In this document: positions 29,200 through 38,507 of the stretch, in pieces
How the letters are laid out: every line of letters begins with the position of its first letter
Numbering within the stretch: position 1 is the first letter of the stretch
NCBI GenBank assembly: GCA_947311645.1
Contig: CAMZKZ010000041.1
Location: 1 to 38,616, forward strand
Length of the DNA stretch: 38,616 nucleotides
Direction: 5' to 3'
From: an uncultured Candidatus Altimarinota bacterium
GTDB lineage: Bacteria; Patescibacteriota; Gracilibacteria; CAIRYL01
Notes under the pieces: generated by a model
Seen by the model: the letters and a program-made list of their open reading frames with translations, nothing else
The model's database searches: none
What the model was told of the DNA's origin: nothing
Made by a program: the position numbers and the translations under genes

Positions 29200-31089
29200 A
29201 TGTTTCAACAATTTTTCAAAAAAATAATTGAAAATAAAGCAATAGTAGGAACTCTTATTTTTTTCGTATTAGGAATTTTTACACGATTTTCATATTTAGA
29301 ACACCCAAAGGAAGTAGTTTTTGATGAATTTCATTTCTTTCATTTTATTGCAGAATACGAAGAGGGTCAGTATTTTTTTGATATTCATCCCCCTCTTGGG
29401 AAACTTATTTTATGGGCAAATGCACAAATGAATGGATTGCCAGAATTTATTGAAGAAAATAAAGAAAATAGTCGCACACAAGAAAATCTTGAAACAGAGC
29501 AAAAACAATTAAAAAAAGAGATTGTTGCATTGCAAAAAAATACGACAAATATGAATGCTGAAATACAGCAAAAAATTGGAGAACTCAAAAAAGTATACAA
29601 CGCAAATAAAGAAAAAATAGAATATTTATCACATAATAGCGGAGGTCTTTCGAGTATTAGTATAGGAAAAGAATATAGCGATACATTAGATATTGCCGGA
29701 ATTCGTAGTCTTCCGGCATTTTTTGGTGCTGCTCTTGTAGCTCTCATGTTTTACTTTGCATATTTTTTAACATCATCATATGCAATTTCTACACTGATAG
29801 GAATGCTCACATTGTTTTCACCTGCATTTCTTGTGGAATCACAATATGTGCTCATGGACTCAATGCTTATGTTTTTTGTTGTTTTGGGAGCATTGTTTTC
29901 TTTTCAATATTATGCGAACCCAAGCTGGAAAAATTGGATAGGAGTTATTATCACTTCTGCTATTGTTATTTCCATAAAATGGACGGGTGCAACAGCGATT
30001 GCCATTGCTGGTATTATATGGATAATACTCCTCTTTCAATCAAAGATTTCGCTTAAAAAATCTATAGCACAATTTTTCGCATTTTGGATTACTGTTCCTG
30101 CTTTTTATATGGGGACATTCGCAATTCATTTTGCATTATTACCAAATTCTGGAGAGGGAGACGCATTTCATACTCCAGAATTTAGAGCGACTTTAGAAAA
30201 CACATCAGAAAATGTAAATACTACAATTATCCCAAAAACATTTTTCCTTAATACAAAAAATTTTTCATCACCAGCTACAATAGAGCCTTTGGATTTTTTT
30301 CTCAAAACAAAACTCAACCCACATTTTAATCCACTTCTATCAGAACCACTTGATTATCAAAAAGATGAATATATTCTTGATTGGGAAAATTGGAGATTTT
30401 ATGGGAAATTTATAGAATTAAATCGACAAATGGGAGAACGAAGTGCATCTATCCGAGATACTCATCCATTTGCAAGCCGACCATCTGATTGGATTCATGG
30501 GAAAAAAGCAATTTATTTATGGAATAAAAATAAAAAAGAAAATCAAGAAGATATACTGCCAGAAACATTTATAGAAAAATTTTGGAATACTACTATTGGG
30601 TCGCATTTTACAAAACCAAAAGTTTTTAATGATACCTATGTACAACAACTTCATTTATTTCCAAATGCAACGCTGTGGTCCATACTTCCCTATTCCACTA
30701 TTCTATTGGCAATCAGCCTGCTTCTTTTTCTCTTCTTTTCTGTCTATAAAAAGAAATATGAAATAAATAATAAGATAATAAGTCATACATTTTTTATCCT
30801 TATTCTTATTCTTATAAACATTCTTCCCTTTCTTTTAGTAGAACGACCACAATTTTTATACCATGCATTTGAAGGTGTTTTATTCGCAATTTTAGGACTT
30901 GGACTCACTCTTTATTTTCTCTTTCTTGCTCCATCGTATAGAAATACAAAATATGTTTCCTATATTCTATGGGGAATTACAATTGTTACCACCATTGCAC
31001 TGGTGCTTTTATTTACAATAACACTCCCGCTTATTTACGGTTTTTCTTTTCATGATTCTATGGCACATACAATGTTTCAATTCTTTTAA
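29200..31089 (+). CDS. PMT-family (GT39-like, GT-C) dolichyl/polyprenyl-phosphate-mannose protein mannosyltransferase
   Basis: Signature VVFDEFHFFHFIAEY...FFDIHPPLGKLILW and many TM helices. The track start at 29167 is TTG. ATG at 29200 (MFQQFF) lies 1 nt after the lysC stop. Confidence 0.8.
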   Translation: MFQQFFKKIIENKAIVGTLIFFVLGIFTRFSYLEHPKEVVFDEFHFFHFIAEYEEGQYFFDIHPPLGKLILWANAQMNGLPEFIEENKENSRTQENLETEQKQLKKEIVALQKNTTNMNAEIQQKIGELKKVYNANKEKIEYLSHNSGGLSSISIGKEYSDTLDIAGIRSLPAFFGAALVALMFYFAYFLTSSYAISTLIGMLTLFSPAFLVESQYVLMDSMLMFFVVLGALFSFQYYANPSWKNWIGVIITSAIVISIKWTGATAIAIAGIIWIILLFQSKISLKKSIAQFFAFWITVPAFYMGTFAIHFALLPNSGEGDAFHTPEFRATLENTSENVNTTIIPKTFFLNTKNFSSPATIEPLDFFLKTKLNPHFNPLLSEPLDYQKDEYILDWENWRFYGKFIELNRQMGERSASIRDTHPFASRPSDWIHGKKAIYLWNKNKKENQEDILPETFIEKFWNTTIGSHFTKPKVFNDTYVQQLHLFPNATLWSILPYSTILLAISLLLFLFFSVYKKKYEINNKIISHTFFILILILINILPFLLVERPQFLYHAFEGVLFAILGLGLTLYFLFLAPSYRNTKYVSYILWGITIVTTIALVLLFTITLPLIYGFSFHDSMAHTMFQFF

Positions 31090-31124
31090 TATAAGTAATA
31101 GTTCTATTTTATTTTTTTATTATA

Positions 31125-31133
31125 TGGTATAAT
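31125..31133 (+). promoter_or_regulatory. Extended -10 promoter candidate for rpe-thyA
   Basis: TGgTATAAT (TG at 31125-31126, TATAAT at 31128-31133), 46 nt upstream of the rpe ATG. Confidence 0.35.
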
Positions 31134-31178
31134 TCTAATAATAAAATACTGCATATATTTTCTTTTATAGATATTTAC

Positions 31179-31826
31179 ATGACTTCTACTCCTCTTGATA
31201 TAAAAATACAACCTTCGCTACTTGCCTGTAATATGGGAAAAATACAGCAAGAAATTGATACTATTGATCCATTTGTCGATGGAATTCATTTTGATGTAAT
31301 GGATGGACAATTTGTTCCAAACTTAAGCTTTGGTGCACCTGTGTTGCATCACCTTTCTACGACCACAGAACTTGGATTTGATGTTCATTTAATGTGCGAA
31401 AACCCTGATATTCTTCTTGAAAGCTTTGCAAAGGCAGGAGCAAAAGCAATATGTGTGCATGTCGAAGCTTGCCCAAATATTCATAGAACCTTACAAGTAA
31501 TTAAAAGTTTTGGAATACAAGCAGGAGTTGTTTTAAACCCAGGCACATCATACGCTTCTGCATACGAAGCAATTAAATCTGCAGACTATGTATTAGTTAT
31601 GAGTGTAAATCCAGGATTTGGAGGACAAAAATTTTTACCTGAAGTATTAGAAAAAATTACACAAATTCGAAAAGCATTTCCAGAAAAAAATATTCAAATA
31701 GATGGAGGAATAAACAATGAAACCGCAAAATTGGCAATAGAGGCAGGAGCAAATTGGATTGTTGCAGGAAGCTATATTTTTGGATCAAAAAATAGAGAAG
31801 AAGCATGTAAAAGCCTAAAACTATAA
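31179..31826 (+). CDS. rpe: Ribulose-phosphate 3-epimerase
   Basis: PSLLACN, HFDVMDGQFVPN, MSVNPGFGGQKF and IQIDGGIN motifs. Confidence 0.95.
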   Translation: MTSTPLDIKIQPSLLACNMGKIQQEIDTIDPFVDGIHFDVMDGQFVPNLSFGAPVLHHLSTTTELGFDVHLMCENPDILLESFAKAGAKAICVHVEACPNIHRTLQVIKSFGIQAGVVLNPGTSYASAYEAIKSADYVLVMSVNPGFGGQKFLPEVLEKITQIRKAFPEKNIQIDGGINNETAKLAIEAGANWIVAGSYIFGSKNREEACKSLKL

Positions 31827-31835
31827 TATAACACT

Positions 31836-32687
31836 ATGAAACAATATTTAGAACTTTTAGAAGATGTAAAACAAAACGGTGCAAGCAAAGATGACAGAAC
31901 AGGGGTTGGAACACGGTCTGTTTTTGGGAGACAATTTCGATGTGATTTATCAAAGGGGTTTCCACTTTTAACAACGAAAAAAGTTTTTCTTAAAGGTGTT
32001 ATTCACGAACTGCTATGGTTTTTACAAGGAGAAACGAATATTAAATATTTAGTAGATAATGGAGTTCATATTTGGGACGAATGGGCAAACAAAGACGGAG
32101 AACTTGGTCCTATATATGGTTCACAATGGAGAAATTTTTGTGATCCAAACAATGAAGAAAGTAAAAAAAATGGAATAGACCAAATTTCTGAATTAATTGC
32201 AAATCTTAAAAAAAATCCATACTCACGAAGACATATTGTTTCTGCATGGAATCCGATGGCTATACCAGATGAAAATAAAAGCTTTGCAGAAAATATTGCA
32301 AATAACAAATCAGCATTACCAACATGCCATAGTTTTTTCCAATTTTATGTTTCGCCAGATAATAAACTTTCGTGCCAATTATACCAACGAAGTGCTGATA
32401 TTTTTCTTGGTGTTCCTTTCAATATTGCAAGTTATGCACTTTTAACACATATGATTGCACAAGTTTGCGGTTTTGAAGTTGGAGACTTTGTTCATACTTT
32501 TGGAGATTTACATATTTATAATAATCATATAGAACAGGTAAACGAACAGCTTTCACGAAGTCCAAAAGCATTACCAACAATAAAACTCAACAAAGAAATT
32601 AGCAATATTTTTGACTTTACTTACGACGATTTTGAAATCATTGATTATAATCCAGAACCAACAATAAAAGCACCAATAGCGGTGTAG
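31836..32687 (+). CDS. thyA: Thymidylate synthase (ThyA type)
   Basis: [11 protein letters not shown]...[21 protein letters not shown], catalytic [12 protein letters not shown] and [21 protein letters not shown]. Confidence 0.95.
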   Translation: MKQYLELLEDVKQNGASKDDRTGVGTRSVFGRQFRCDLSKGFPLLTTKKVFLKGVIHELLWFLQGETNIKYLVDNGVHIWDEWANKDGELGPIYGSQWRNFCDPNNEESKKNGIDQISELIANLKKNPYSRRHIVSAWNPMAIPDENKSFAENIANNKSALPTCHSFFQFYVSPDNKLSCQLYQRSADIFLGVPFNIASYALLTHMIAQVCGFEVGDFVHTFGDLHIYNNHIEQVNEQLSRSPKALPTIKLNKEISNIFDFTYDDFEIIDYNPEPTIKAPIAV

Positions 32688-32734
32688 CCTTTCAATAGAA
32701 TAAATATATACATATAACATTTGCATAAAACTTT

Positions 32735-33175
32735 ATGTTTTCTAAACTCTCACTTCCTCTCAAAATATTTACAATAACTCTTCTTATTGTGGTTTTGGGC
32801 TATATTGCGTATATCAATACAGATAGCTTACTCGCAAGTACAGATGGAATACGCAGTCTTCTACAAAATTCTGGACTGAGTGCAGGAGATCAAAATGTAT
32901 CACTCCCTAAAATTGATTCTATAAATGGAGCAGATGATAAAACGAATCATTTATTATATAAATTTATAGAAATTTTAATAACACTTGCGGGGATTATTGC
33001 CGTTGTGTTTATTGCAATAGGAGGAATGGAGTATACAATATCTGCAGGTGATTCTGATAGAAAAAATGGAGCAAAAGCAAAAATTATGTATGCGATTCTT
33101 GGTCTTCTTGCTGTAATATTTTCATATGCAATTTTCACAAATGGAATAAATTTCTTTGAAGTTTCAGAACAATAA
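32735..33175 (+). CDS. Small membrane protein resembling TrbC/VirB2-type (T4SS) pilins
   Basis: An N-terminal signal/TM segment, then the hairpin LITLAGIIAVVFIAIGGMEYTISAGDSDRKNGAKAKIMYAILGLLAVIFSYAIF. This is the two-helix, G-rich loop and AK motif pattern of these pilins. Confidence 0.4.
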   Translation: MFSKLSLPLKIFTITLLIVVLGYIAYINTDSLLASTDGIRSLLQNSGLSAGDQNVSLPKIDSINGADDKTNHLLYKFIEILITLAGIIAVVFIAIGGMEYTISAGDSDRKNGAKAKIMYAILGLLAVIFSYAIFTNGINFFEVSEQ

Positions 33176-33227
33176 TGATATACTGAAGAAGTACAAAGAT
33201 GTACACTTATAATTTAAACATAAATAT

Positions 33228-33545
33228 ATGGCATTAAAAGTAGATGATTCAAATTTTGAAGCAGAAGTTCTAAACTCTGAACTTCCAGTTCTTGTAGATT
33301 TTTGGGCTCCGTGGTGTGGACCTTGTCAAATGATGGGACCAATTGTAGAAAAAGTTGCAAAAGAATACGAAGGAAAAGCAAAAGTTGTAAAATATGATGT
33401 ACAAGATAATCAAGAATTTTCAGCAAAATATGGAATTCAAGGTATTCCAGCTTTTAAAGTTTTTAAAGGCGGAAAAGTTGTAGATGAAGCAGTTGGTGCA
33501 ATGCCAGAAGATAATATTAAAAAAATTATTGATAACAATTTGTAG
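33228..33545 (+). CDS. trxA: Thioredoxin
   Basis: 105 aa with VLVDFWAPWCGPCQ and GIQGIPAFKVFKGGK. Confidence 0.95.
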   Translation: MALKVDDSNFEAEVLNSELPVLVDFWAPWCGPCQMMGPIVEKVAKEYEGKAKVVKYDVQDNQEFSAKYGIQGIPAFKVFKGGKVVDEAVGAMPEDNIKKIIDNNL

Positions 33546-33574
33546 TCATAAAAGTCATCAAAAGAAACTTCTTA

Positions 33575-33608
33575 ATACTGATAGAAACATTCTATCAGTA
33601 TTTTTTTT
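33575..33608. terminator. Bidirectional rho-independent terminator between trxA and murJ
   Basis: An 11-12 bp perfect stem TACTGATAGAA/TTCTATCAGTA (33576-33586 and 33590-33600), 3-nt loop, then a T8 run. Confidence 0.7.
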
Positions 33609-33617
33609 ATATTTTGC

Positions 33618-35171
33618 TTATAACATTTTTTTCAAATTGTAGAAGATATTTTTTTTCCAAACACTTCCTAATACTGAAAAAAAGAAGAGTGCGCCTATAC
33701 ATGAAATAAATATTATATTGAAATATGAATCTATTATATAAGCATTCAAAACAGAGAAAAAAATTCCCATTACAATAGATCCGAAAATACTAAGAATCAA
33801 TCCAGTCTTTTGTATTACCTCCACTCGTGAAGAAGCTGAAATAATATTTTTAGAATGTAAAAGAAAATACCCAACTGCAATAGAAATTACAAAACTTGCA
33901 ACATAGCTTATTCCAATTTGTATAGCAGGAGATAAAATATTTGATACATCACCCCATACATATTTAAACACGAGTATTGTTGCAATCAATGTTCCAATTT
34001 GACTAAATGTAATAAACATTGGTGTTTTTGTGTCTCCTGTTGCATTAAATGTCCGTACAAATAAGCTCAAAATTGACTCCAAAGGAATAGCAAGTGATAG
34101 TATAAGAAGTATAGAATTCAGAGTATTATATGTAGCTGAATCAATATGAATATCATATATCAATCCTAAAAAAGTACTTCCTATAAAATAAATTCCTACA
34201 GCCATAGGAAGTGTCCAAAATAATATTTTATATAGTGATACATAAAATGTTCTACTGAATTCTTCTTTTTTATTCTCTGCAAAAAGTAATGATAAAACTT
34301 GAAAAGCAGATGTTGCAATTGCAAAGCCAAAAATCATAACGGGTGCTGATTCTAAATTTCGTGCATATAAAAAGAGAGAATATAATCCTTCTTTATTCTC
34401 AAAACTCTGGGTAAAATTTTGAATACTTATGAGTGTAATTTGCAATGTTCCAACTGTTATCCACCGAAATGCCATAGATTTTGCTAATTCTTTTAGTTGT
34501 GGAGATGAAAAGTTAAACGATGGTAAAAATCGTATATCTGCAGAAATTTTAGAACAATATTCCCATAATCGAATTGCTAAATGCCCTATACTTCCAGCGA
34601 TTGCACCATATGCTGCTGCATAAATTCCATGTGTATCTGCAAAAAATAAAATTCCTATTAAAATTCCTATATTATAAAGAAGTGGAGAAAGTGCAGTTGA
34701 AAGAAAATGTTTATGTGCCATTAAAAAATTTCCTATAAAATTTGAAAGCGCAAAGAAAAAATTTGTTATAAAAAAAAGACGAGCAAGATTTGTAAATAAT
34801 TCTGGATCTTTTAAAAATTGTACAGAAAAAAAGAATGATGCAATTTCTGAAGTAAAAAATATTCCAAGCACACTTACCGCTGTAAATACTGTTAAAAGAG
34901 TTGCAAAAAAAACACCAAAAAGTGTGTATCCTGCTTTTTTATTTTTCTCTCTTTCTTGTAAAAAAAGTGGAGTAACAAGTCCTAAAAGTGCAGATGAAAC
35001 AAATACAATCATTATTATATCTGAAATAAGAAATGCAGAAAAATAACTATCGGTAATAGCAGTTGCCCCATAATATCGTGCAAAAAATAAATCTCTTACA
35101 ATTCCCAAAATGTAAGAAAGAAGAGTTCCAATAGAAAGAATGAATGCTGGAGAAAATATTTTAGAACTCAT
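33618..35171 (-). CDS. murJ: Lipid II flippase MurJ (MviN family)
   Basis: 517 aa, about 14 TM helices, N-terminal IVRDLFFARYYGATAITDSYFSAFLISD, the typical MurJ pattern. Confidence 0.85.
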   Translation of the reverse strand: MSSKIFSPAFILSIGTLLSYILGIVRDLFFARYYGATAITDSYFSAFLISDIIMIVFVSSALLGLVTPLFLQEREKNKKAGYTLFGVFFATLLTVFTAVSVLGIFFTSEIASFFFSVQFLKDPELFTNLARLFFITNFFFALSNFIGNFLMAHKHFLSTALSPLLYNIGILIGILFFADTHGIYAAAYGAIAGSIGHLAIRLWEYCSKISADIRFLPSFNFSSPQLKELAKSMAFRWITVGTLQITLISIQNFTQSFENKEGLYSLFLYARNLESAPVMIFGFAIATSAFQVLSLLFAENKKEEFSRTFYVSLYKILFWTLPMAVGIYFIGSTFLGLIYDIHIDSATYNTLNSILLILSLAIPLESILSLFVRTFNATGDTKTPMFITFSQIGTLIATILVFKYVWGDVSNILSPAIQIGISYVASFVISIAVGYFLLHSKNIISASSRVEVIQKTGLILSIFGSIVMGIFFSVLNAYIIDSYFNIIFISCIGALFFFSVLGSVWKKNIFYNLKKML

Positions 35172-35236
35172 ACAATAAAACGAATAACAATATATATCTT
35201 TGTTTTTATAGTATCATATATTTTTATGAGTTTTCA

Positions 35237-35265
35237 TTGAATTTTCTTCGTGAAATTTATATACT
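35237..35265 (+). promoter_or_regulatory. Sigma-70-like promoter candidate for leuS
   Basis: TTGAAT (35237-35242), a 17-nt spacer, then TATACT (35260-35265). The implied transcription start falls after the ATG at 35266, which favours the ATG at 35302 as the leuS start. Confidence 0.45.
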
Positions 35266-35301
35266 ATGCATAAAATTTTTATAAAAAATAACTTAACATT
35301 T

Positions 35302-35832
35302 ATGACCGAACCTACTCCATATAACCACTTACAGGTTGAAAAAAAATGGCAAACATTTTGGGAAACAAACAAAATATTTTCTACAGAAAATACTGCATCA
35401 TATTCAAAAAACACAAAAACTTTTTATGCACTCGATATGTTCCCCTTTCCATCGGGAGCAGGGTTACATGTTGGACACCCAGAAGGGTATACAGCAACCG
35501 ATATTATTTGCCGAAAAAAACGAATGCAAGGATACAAAGTTTTACATCCTATGGGATGGGATGCCTTTGGATTACCTGCCGAAAATTTTGCTATTAAAAC
35601 AGGTGTTCATCCGAAAATTTCTACAGCAAAAAATATTGAAAACTTTACACGGCAAATTAAAAGTCTTGGATTCTCATATGACTGGGAAAGAGAATTTTCT
35701 ACAACAGATGAAGAGTATTACAAACATACACAAAATTTATTTTTACAATTATATAAAAAAAATTTATTATACGAAGATGATAAACCATTAAACTGGTGTG
35801 CTTCGTGTAAAGTAGTGTGTGCAAATGAATAA
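35302..35832 (+). CDS. leuS: Leucyl-tRNA synthetase, N-terminal part, ending at an in-frame TAA
   Basis: [25 protein letters not shown] motif [27 protein letters not shown] and [12 protein letters not shown]. The frame is the same as the downstream ORF. An alternative ATG lies at 35266. Confidence 0.85.
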   Translation: MTEPTPYNHLQVEKKWQTFWETNKIFSTENTASYSKNTKTFYALDMFPFPSGAGLHVGHPEGYTATDIICRKKRMQGYKVLHPMGWDAFGLPAENFAIKTGVHPKISTAKNIENFTRQIKSLGFSYDWEREFSTTDEEYYKHTQNLFLQLYKKNLLYEDDKPLNWCASCKVVCANE

Positions 35833-35895
35833 GTAGAACAAGGGTTACATGAACGATGTGGAAATACTGTAACAAAAAAAGCACTTAAACAATGG

Positions 35896-38448
35896 ATGTT
35901 TAAAATTACAGATTATGCAGAACGATTATTGCAAGATTTAGAAACACCAAATGTTATTATTTTACATGGATTAGGAGGAAATGGAGAAAGCGGATGGGGT
36001 GCGGATATGCAAAAATATTTTACAGAAAACTCTATACAATCTATTGCACCAACTTTTCCGAATTCATCAAACCCAGAATATTCTGAATGGAAACAGTTTT
36101 TTGAAGAAAATATTCTTGAACGCATAACGCCTCAAACCATTATTTTTGCTCATAGTTTAGGAGGTGGATTTTTACAAAAATATTTATCTGAAGAAAATGT
36201 AAAAGTTAAATTTTCGGAACTTGTTTTCGTTGCACCAACTATTGGAGATTGTGGAATTGCAGAAATATCAAATTTCTTTACAAAAGAATTTAATTACCAA
36301 AAAATCGCTGCATCTGTAGAAAATATTTTTATATATGCAGGTGGAAACGATCCATATATTACAACAGAAGAATTTACATTTTTAGCAGAAAAACTTTCTG
36401 CTCAGCTTATTCTAAATGAAAATCAAGAACATTTTTGGGGAGATTGGAAACTAGAACAATTACCAGAACTGAAAGAAAAATGCACTAAAACTATTGCATC
36501 TGTTTTAGATTGGCCAGAAAAAATTAAAGCCATGCAACGAAACTGGATTGGAAAAAGCACTGGTGCAGAAATAGATTTTCAAGTAGAAAATAGTGATGAA
36601 AAAATTCGAGTATATACAACTCGTCCAGATACACTTTTTGGAGCGACATATTTTGTACTTTCTCCAGAACACCCACTCGTAGAAAAAATTACAACACCAG
36701 AACAAAACAATGAAATTGCACAATATAAAGTTACGTGTGCACAAAAATCAGAACTTGAGCGAACAGAACTTAATAAAAATAAAACAGGAGTATTTACAGG
36801 AAGCTATGTTATAAACCCCGTAAATAACAAAAAAATTCCTATTTGGATTGCAGATTATGTAATGATGGGATACGGAACTGGTGCTATTATGTCTGTTCCT
36901 GCACATGATGAAAGAGATAAAGAATTTGCAGAAAAATATAATTTAGAAATTCTTGAAGTTATAGATGGACTCGAAAATCCATTTCAAAAAACAGGTGGAA
37001 TAGTAAAAAATTCTGATTTCTTAAACGGACTTTCTGTTGAAGAAGCAATTGAAAAAATGATTACATTTCTTGAAGAGAAAAAACTTGGAGAAAAAACAAT
37101 TAATTATAAACTTCGAGATTGGATTTTTACTCGACAACGATATTGGGGAGAACCTATCCCCCTTGTTTTTGATGAAAATGGAAAATCTTTTGCATTAGAT
37201 AATTCTCAATTACCTCTTATTCTTCCTGAAAGTGCGAATTATGAACCTTCTGAAACAGGAGAAAGTCCACTCTCAAAAATTACAGAATGGGTACATGTTT
37301 CTGGATATATTACAGATGAAAATACAGTAATTATCTGTAAAGAATCTGAAGTTCCAGAAAATAAACATTTCCAAAACTTTACACGAGAAACTTCTACAAT
37401 GCCAAACTGGGCTGGTTCAAGCTGGTATTGGTTGCGTTATATGGATTCTAAAAATTCTGATGAAGCATGGAGCCATAACGCAGAAAAACAATGGGGACCG
37501 GTAGATTTATATGTTGGTGGAGCTGAACATGCCGTTTTACATCTCTTATATGCACGATTTTGGCATAAAGCATTTTACGATTTAGGACTTGTTTCAACAA
37601 AAGAACCATTTAAAAAATTGGTAAATCAAGGACTTATTTTAAGTTATGCGTATCAACGAAAATCTGGAGGACTTGTTCCAAGTGATGAAATAGAAGAAAA
37701 AGATGGAAAATTCGTTGAAATTTCTACACAAGAACCAGTAGAAAAAATTGTAGCAAAAATGAGTAAATCACTTAAAAATGTTGTGAATCCAGACGATATA
37801 GTAGAAGCATATGGTGCCGATACATTACGAATGTATGAAATGTTTATGGGACCATTTGAGCAAAGTAAAGCGTGGGATACTACAGCACTTGAAGGAATGA
37901 ATAGATTTTTAATGAAAATTTGGAGATTATTTTCTGAAAAAGAAATTTCTGAACACTGTCCAAGCAAAGAGCTTATAAAGCTTACGCATCAAACAGTAAA
38001 AAAAGTTTCTGAAGATATTGATAATTTTAAATTTAATACAGCCATTTCTCAAATGATGATTTGGGTAAATGCATTTCAAAAATTAGACACTATTCCAAAA
38101 ATATCAGGAGGAAAATTTGTACGATTGCTTTCCCCTTTTGCTCCACATTTAGCAGAAGAACTTTGGCAAAAATTTGCTCCAGAAGATGAAACGATTAGTT
38201 TTCGATCGTGGCCAAGCTATAAAGAAGAATTATTAGTGGAAGATGAAGCGACATATGCAGTGCAAGTAAATGGAAAATTACGAGGAGATTTTACAATTGC
38301 AAAAGATGCATCGAAAGAAGAGTGTATTGCACAGGCAAAACAATTAGAGAGAGTAGCAAAATTTATTGCTGAAGCTGAAAATTCTGGAGGACAAATTCGT
38401 AAAGAAATTTTTGTTCCAGGAAAAATTGTTGGGTTTGTGGTGAAGTAA
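35896..38448 (+). CDS. leuS: Leucyl-tRNA synthetase, remainder (hydrolase-like insertion, CP1 editing domain, KMSKS, anticodon-binding and C-terminal domains)
   Basis: KITDYAERLL, MQRNWIGKS, the CP1 blocks TTRPDTLFGATYFVLSPEHP and GTGAIMSVPAHDERD, RQRYWGEPIP, and KMSKSLKN. It is in frame with 35302-35832. The 63 nt between them also encode LeuRS-like sequence. Confidence 0.9.
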   Translation: MFKITDYAERLLQDLETPNVIILHGLGGNGESGWGADMQKYFTENSIQSIAPTFPNSSNPEYSEWKQFFEENILERITPQTIIFAHSLGGGFLQKYLSEENVKVKFSELVFVAPTIGDCGIAEISNFFTKEFNYQKIAASVENIFIYAGGNDPYITTEEFTFLAEKLSAQLILNENQEHFWGDWKLEQLPELKEKCTKTIASVLDWPEKIKAMQRNWIGKSTGAEIDFQVENSDEKIRVYTTRPDTLFGATYFVLSPEHPLVEKITTPEQNNEIAQYKVTCAQKSELERTELNKNKTGVFTGSYVINPVNNKKIPIWIADYVMMGYGTGAIMSVPAHDERDKEFAEKYNLEILEVIDGLENPFQKTGGIVKNSDFLNGLSVEEAIEKMITFLEEKKLGEKTINYKLRDWIFTRQRYWGEPIPLVFDENGKSFALDNSQLPLILPESANYEPSETGESPLSKITEWVHVSGYITDENTVIICKESEVPENKHFQNFTRETSTMPNWAGSSWYWLRYMDSKNSDEAWSHNAEKQWGPVDLYVGGAEHAVLHLLYARFWHKAFYDLGLVSTKEPFKKLVNQGLILSYAYQRKSGGLVPSDEIEEKDGKFVEISTQEPVEKIVAKMSKSLKNVVNPDDIVEAYGADTLRMYEMFMGPFEQSKAWDTTALEGMNRFLMKIWRLFSEKEISEHCPSKELIKLTHQTVKKVSEDIDNFKFNTAISQMMIWVNAFQKLDTIPKISGGKFVRLLSPFAPHLAEELWQKFAPEDETISFRSWPSYKEELLVEDEATYAVQVNGKLRGDFTIAKDASKEECIAQAKQLERVAKFIAEAENSGGQIRKEIFVPGKIVGFVVK
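35947..36504 (+). other. Inserted alpha/beta serine-hydrolase-like domain (YdeN/RBBP9-like) within leuS
   Basis: VIILHGLGGNGESGW, nucleophile elbow AHSLGG (Ser at 36154-36156), GGNDPY (Asp at 36349-36351) and QEHF (His at 36430-36432). Canonical LeuRS has no counterpart at this position. Confidence 0.6.
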
Positions 38449-38470
38449 TCTATGAGGTAATAAACATGAA

Positions 38471-38507
38471 GAGAGAGAAAAATTTAAATTTTTCTCTCTC
38501 TTTTTTT
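38471..38507 (+). terminator. Rho-independent terminator after leuS
   Basis: A perfect 15-bp palindrome GAGAGAGAAAAATTT/AAATTTTTCTCTCTC (38471-38500) followed by a T7 run. Confidence 0.7.

Noticed and set aside
35336-35791. Two alternative-frame ORFs (35336-35791 and 35346-35597) overlapping the 5' part of leuS.
   Set aside because: The leuS frame carries the unmistakable HIGH-region sequence. The alternative frames give non-homologous, basic, low-complexity peptides.
35947-36504. Possibility that the leuS insertion is an intein.
   Set aside because: The N-junction has no Cys/Ser/Thr nucleophile with block A. The C-junction has no His-Asn followed by Cys/Ser/Thr, and there are no homing-endonuclease motifs. 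The sequence instead shows the order of alpha/beta hydrolase catalytic elements.
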